Positions 59,550-64,000 of a stretch of 64,000 nt of DNA are shown in pieces. A program made the position numbers and the translations under genes. Positions within the stretch are counted from its first letter, which is position 1. Every line of letters starts with the position of its first letter. Under the pieces are notes generated by a model. That model had not been told where the DNA came from and made no database searches. It saw only the letters and a program-made list of their open reading frames with translations. The DNA is from Macrostomum lignano. Taxonomy: Eukaryota. Where the stretch lies: positions 9,478 to 73,477 of the forward strand of contig NIVC01002785.1 in the NCBI GenBank assembly GCA_002269645.1, read 5' to 3'.

Positions 59550-64000
<4,451 letters not shown>

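Overview
Eukaryotic (metazoan) genomic DNA with GC-rich exons, short or minisatellite-filled GT-AG introns and many transposon relics. The style resembles a free-living flatworm such as Macrostomum, which is an inference and not proven. Host genes: a coiled-coil ORF, FANCL, a five-exon flavin amine oxidase, five copies of an intronless 95-aa secreted six-cysteine protein I cannot assign to any family, and a rearranged cluster of Ly6/uPAR (three-finger) GPI-type genes. Mobile DNA: mariner, an internally deleted P/THAP element plus related MITEs, a Chapaev-like transposase relic, LINE and gypsy fragments, and a SINE. There is also a nearly intact Neptune-type Penelope-like retroelement (PLE) embedded in (GA)n satellite. 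It has an SGNH-like ORF1, an A_AAA_AAC -1 frameshift signal, RT plus C-terminal GIY-YIG, and minimal hammerhead ribozymes. Best leads: (1) the diversifying secreted 6-Cys family; (2) the PLE expression and targeting system (frameshift, hammerheads, CT tract); (3) orphan Ly6 exon cassettes; (4) one distinct minisatellite per intron in the amine oxidase gene. All analysis was by eye; no database searches were run.
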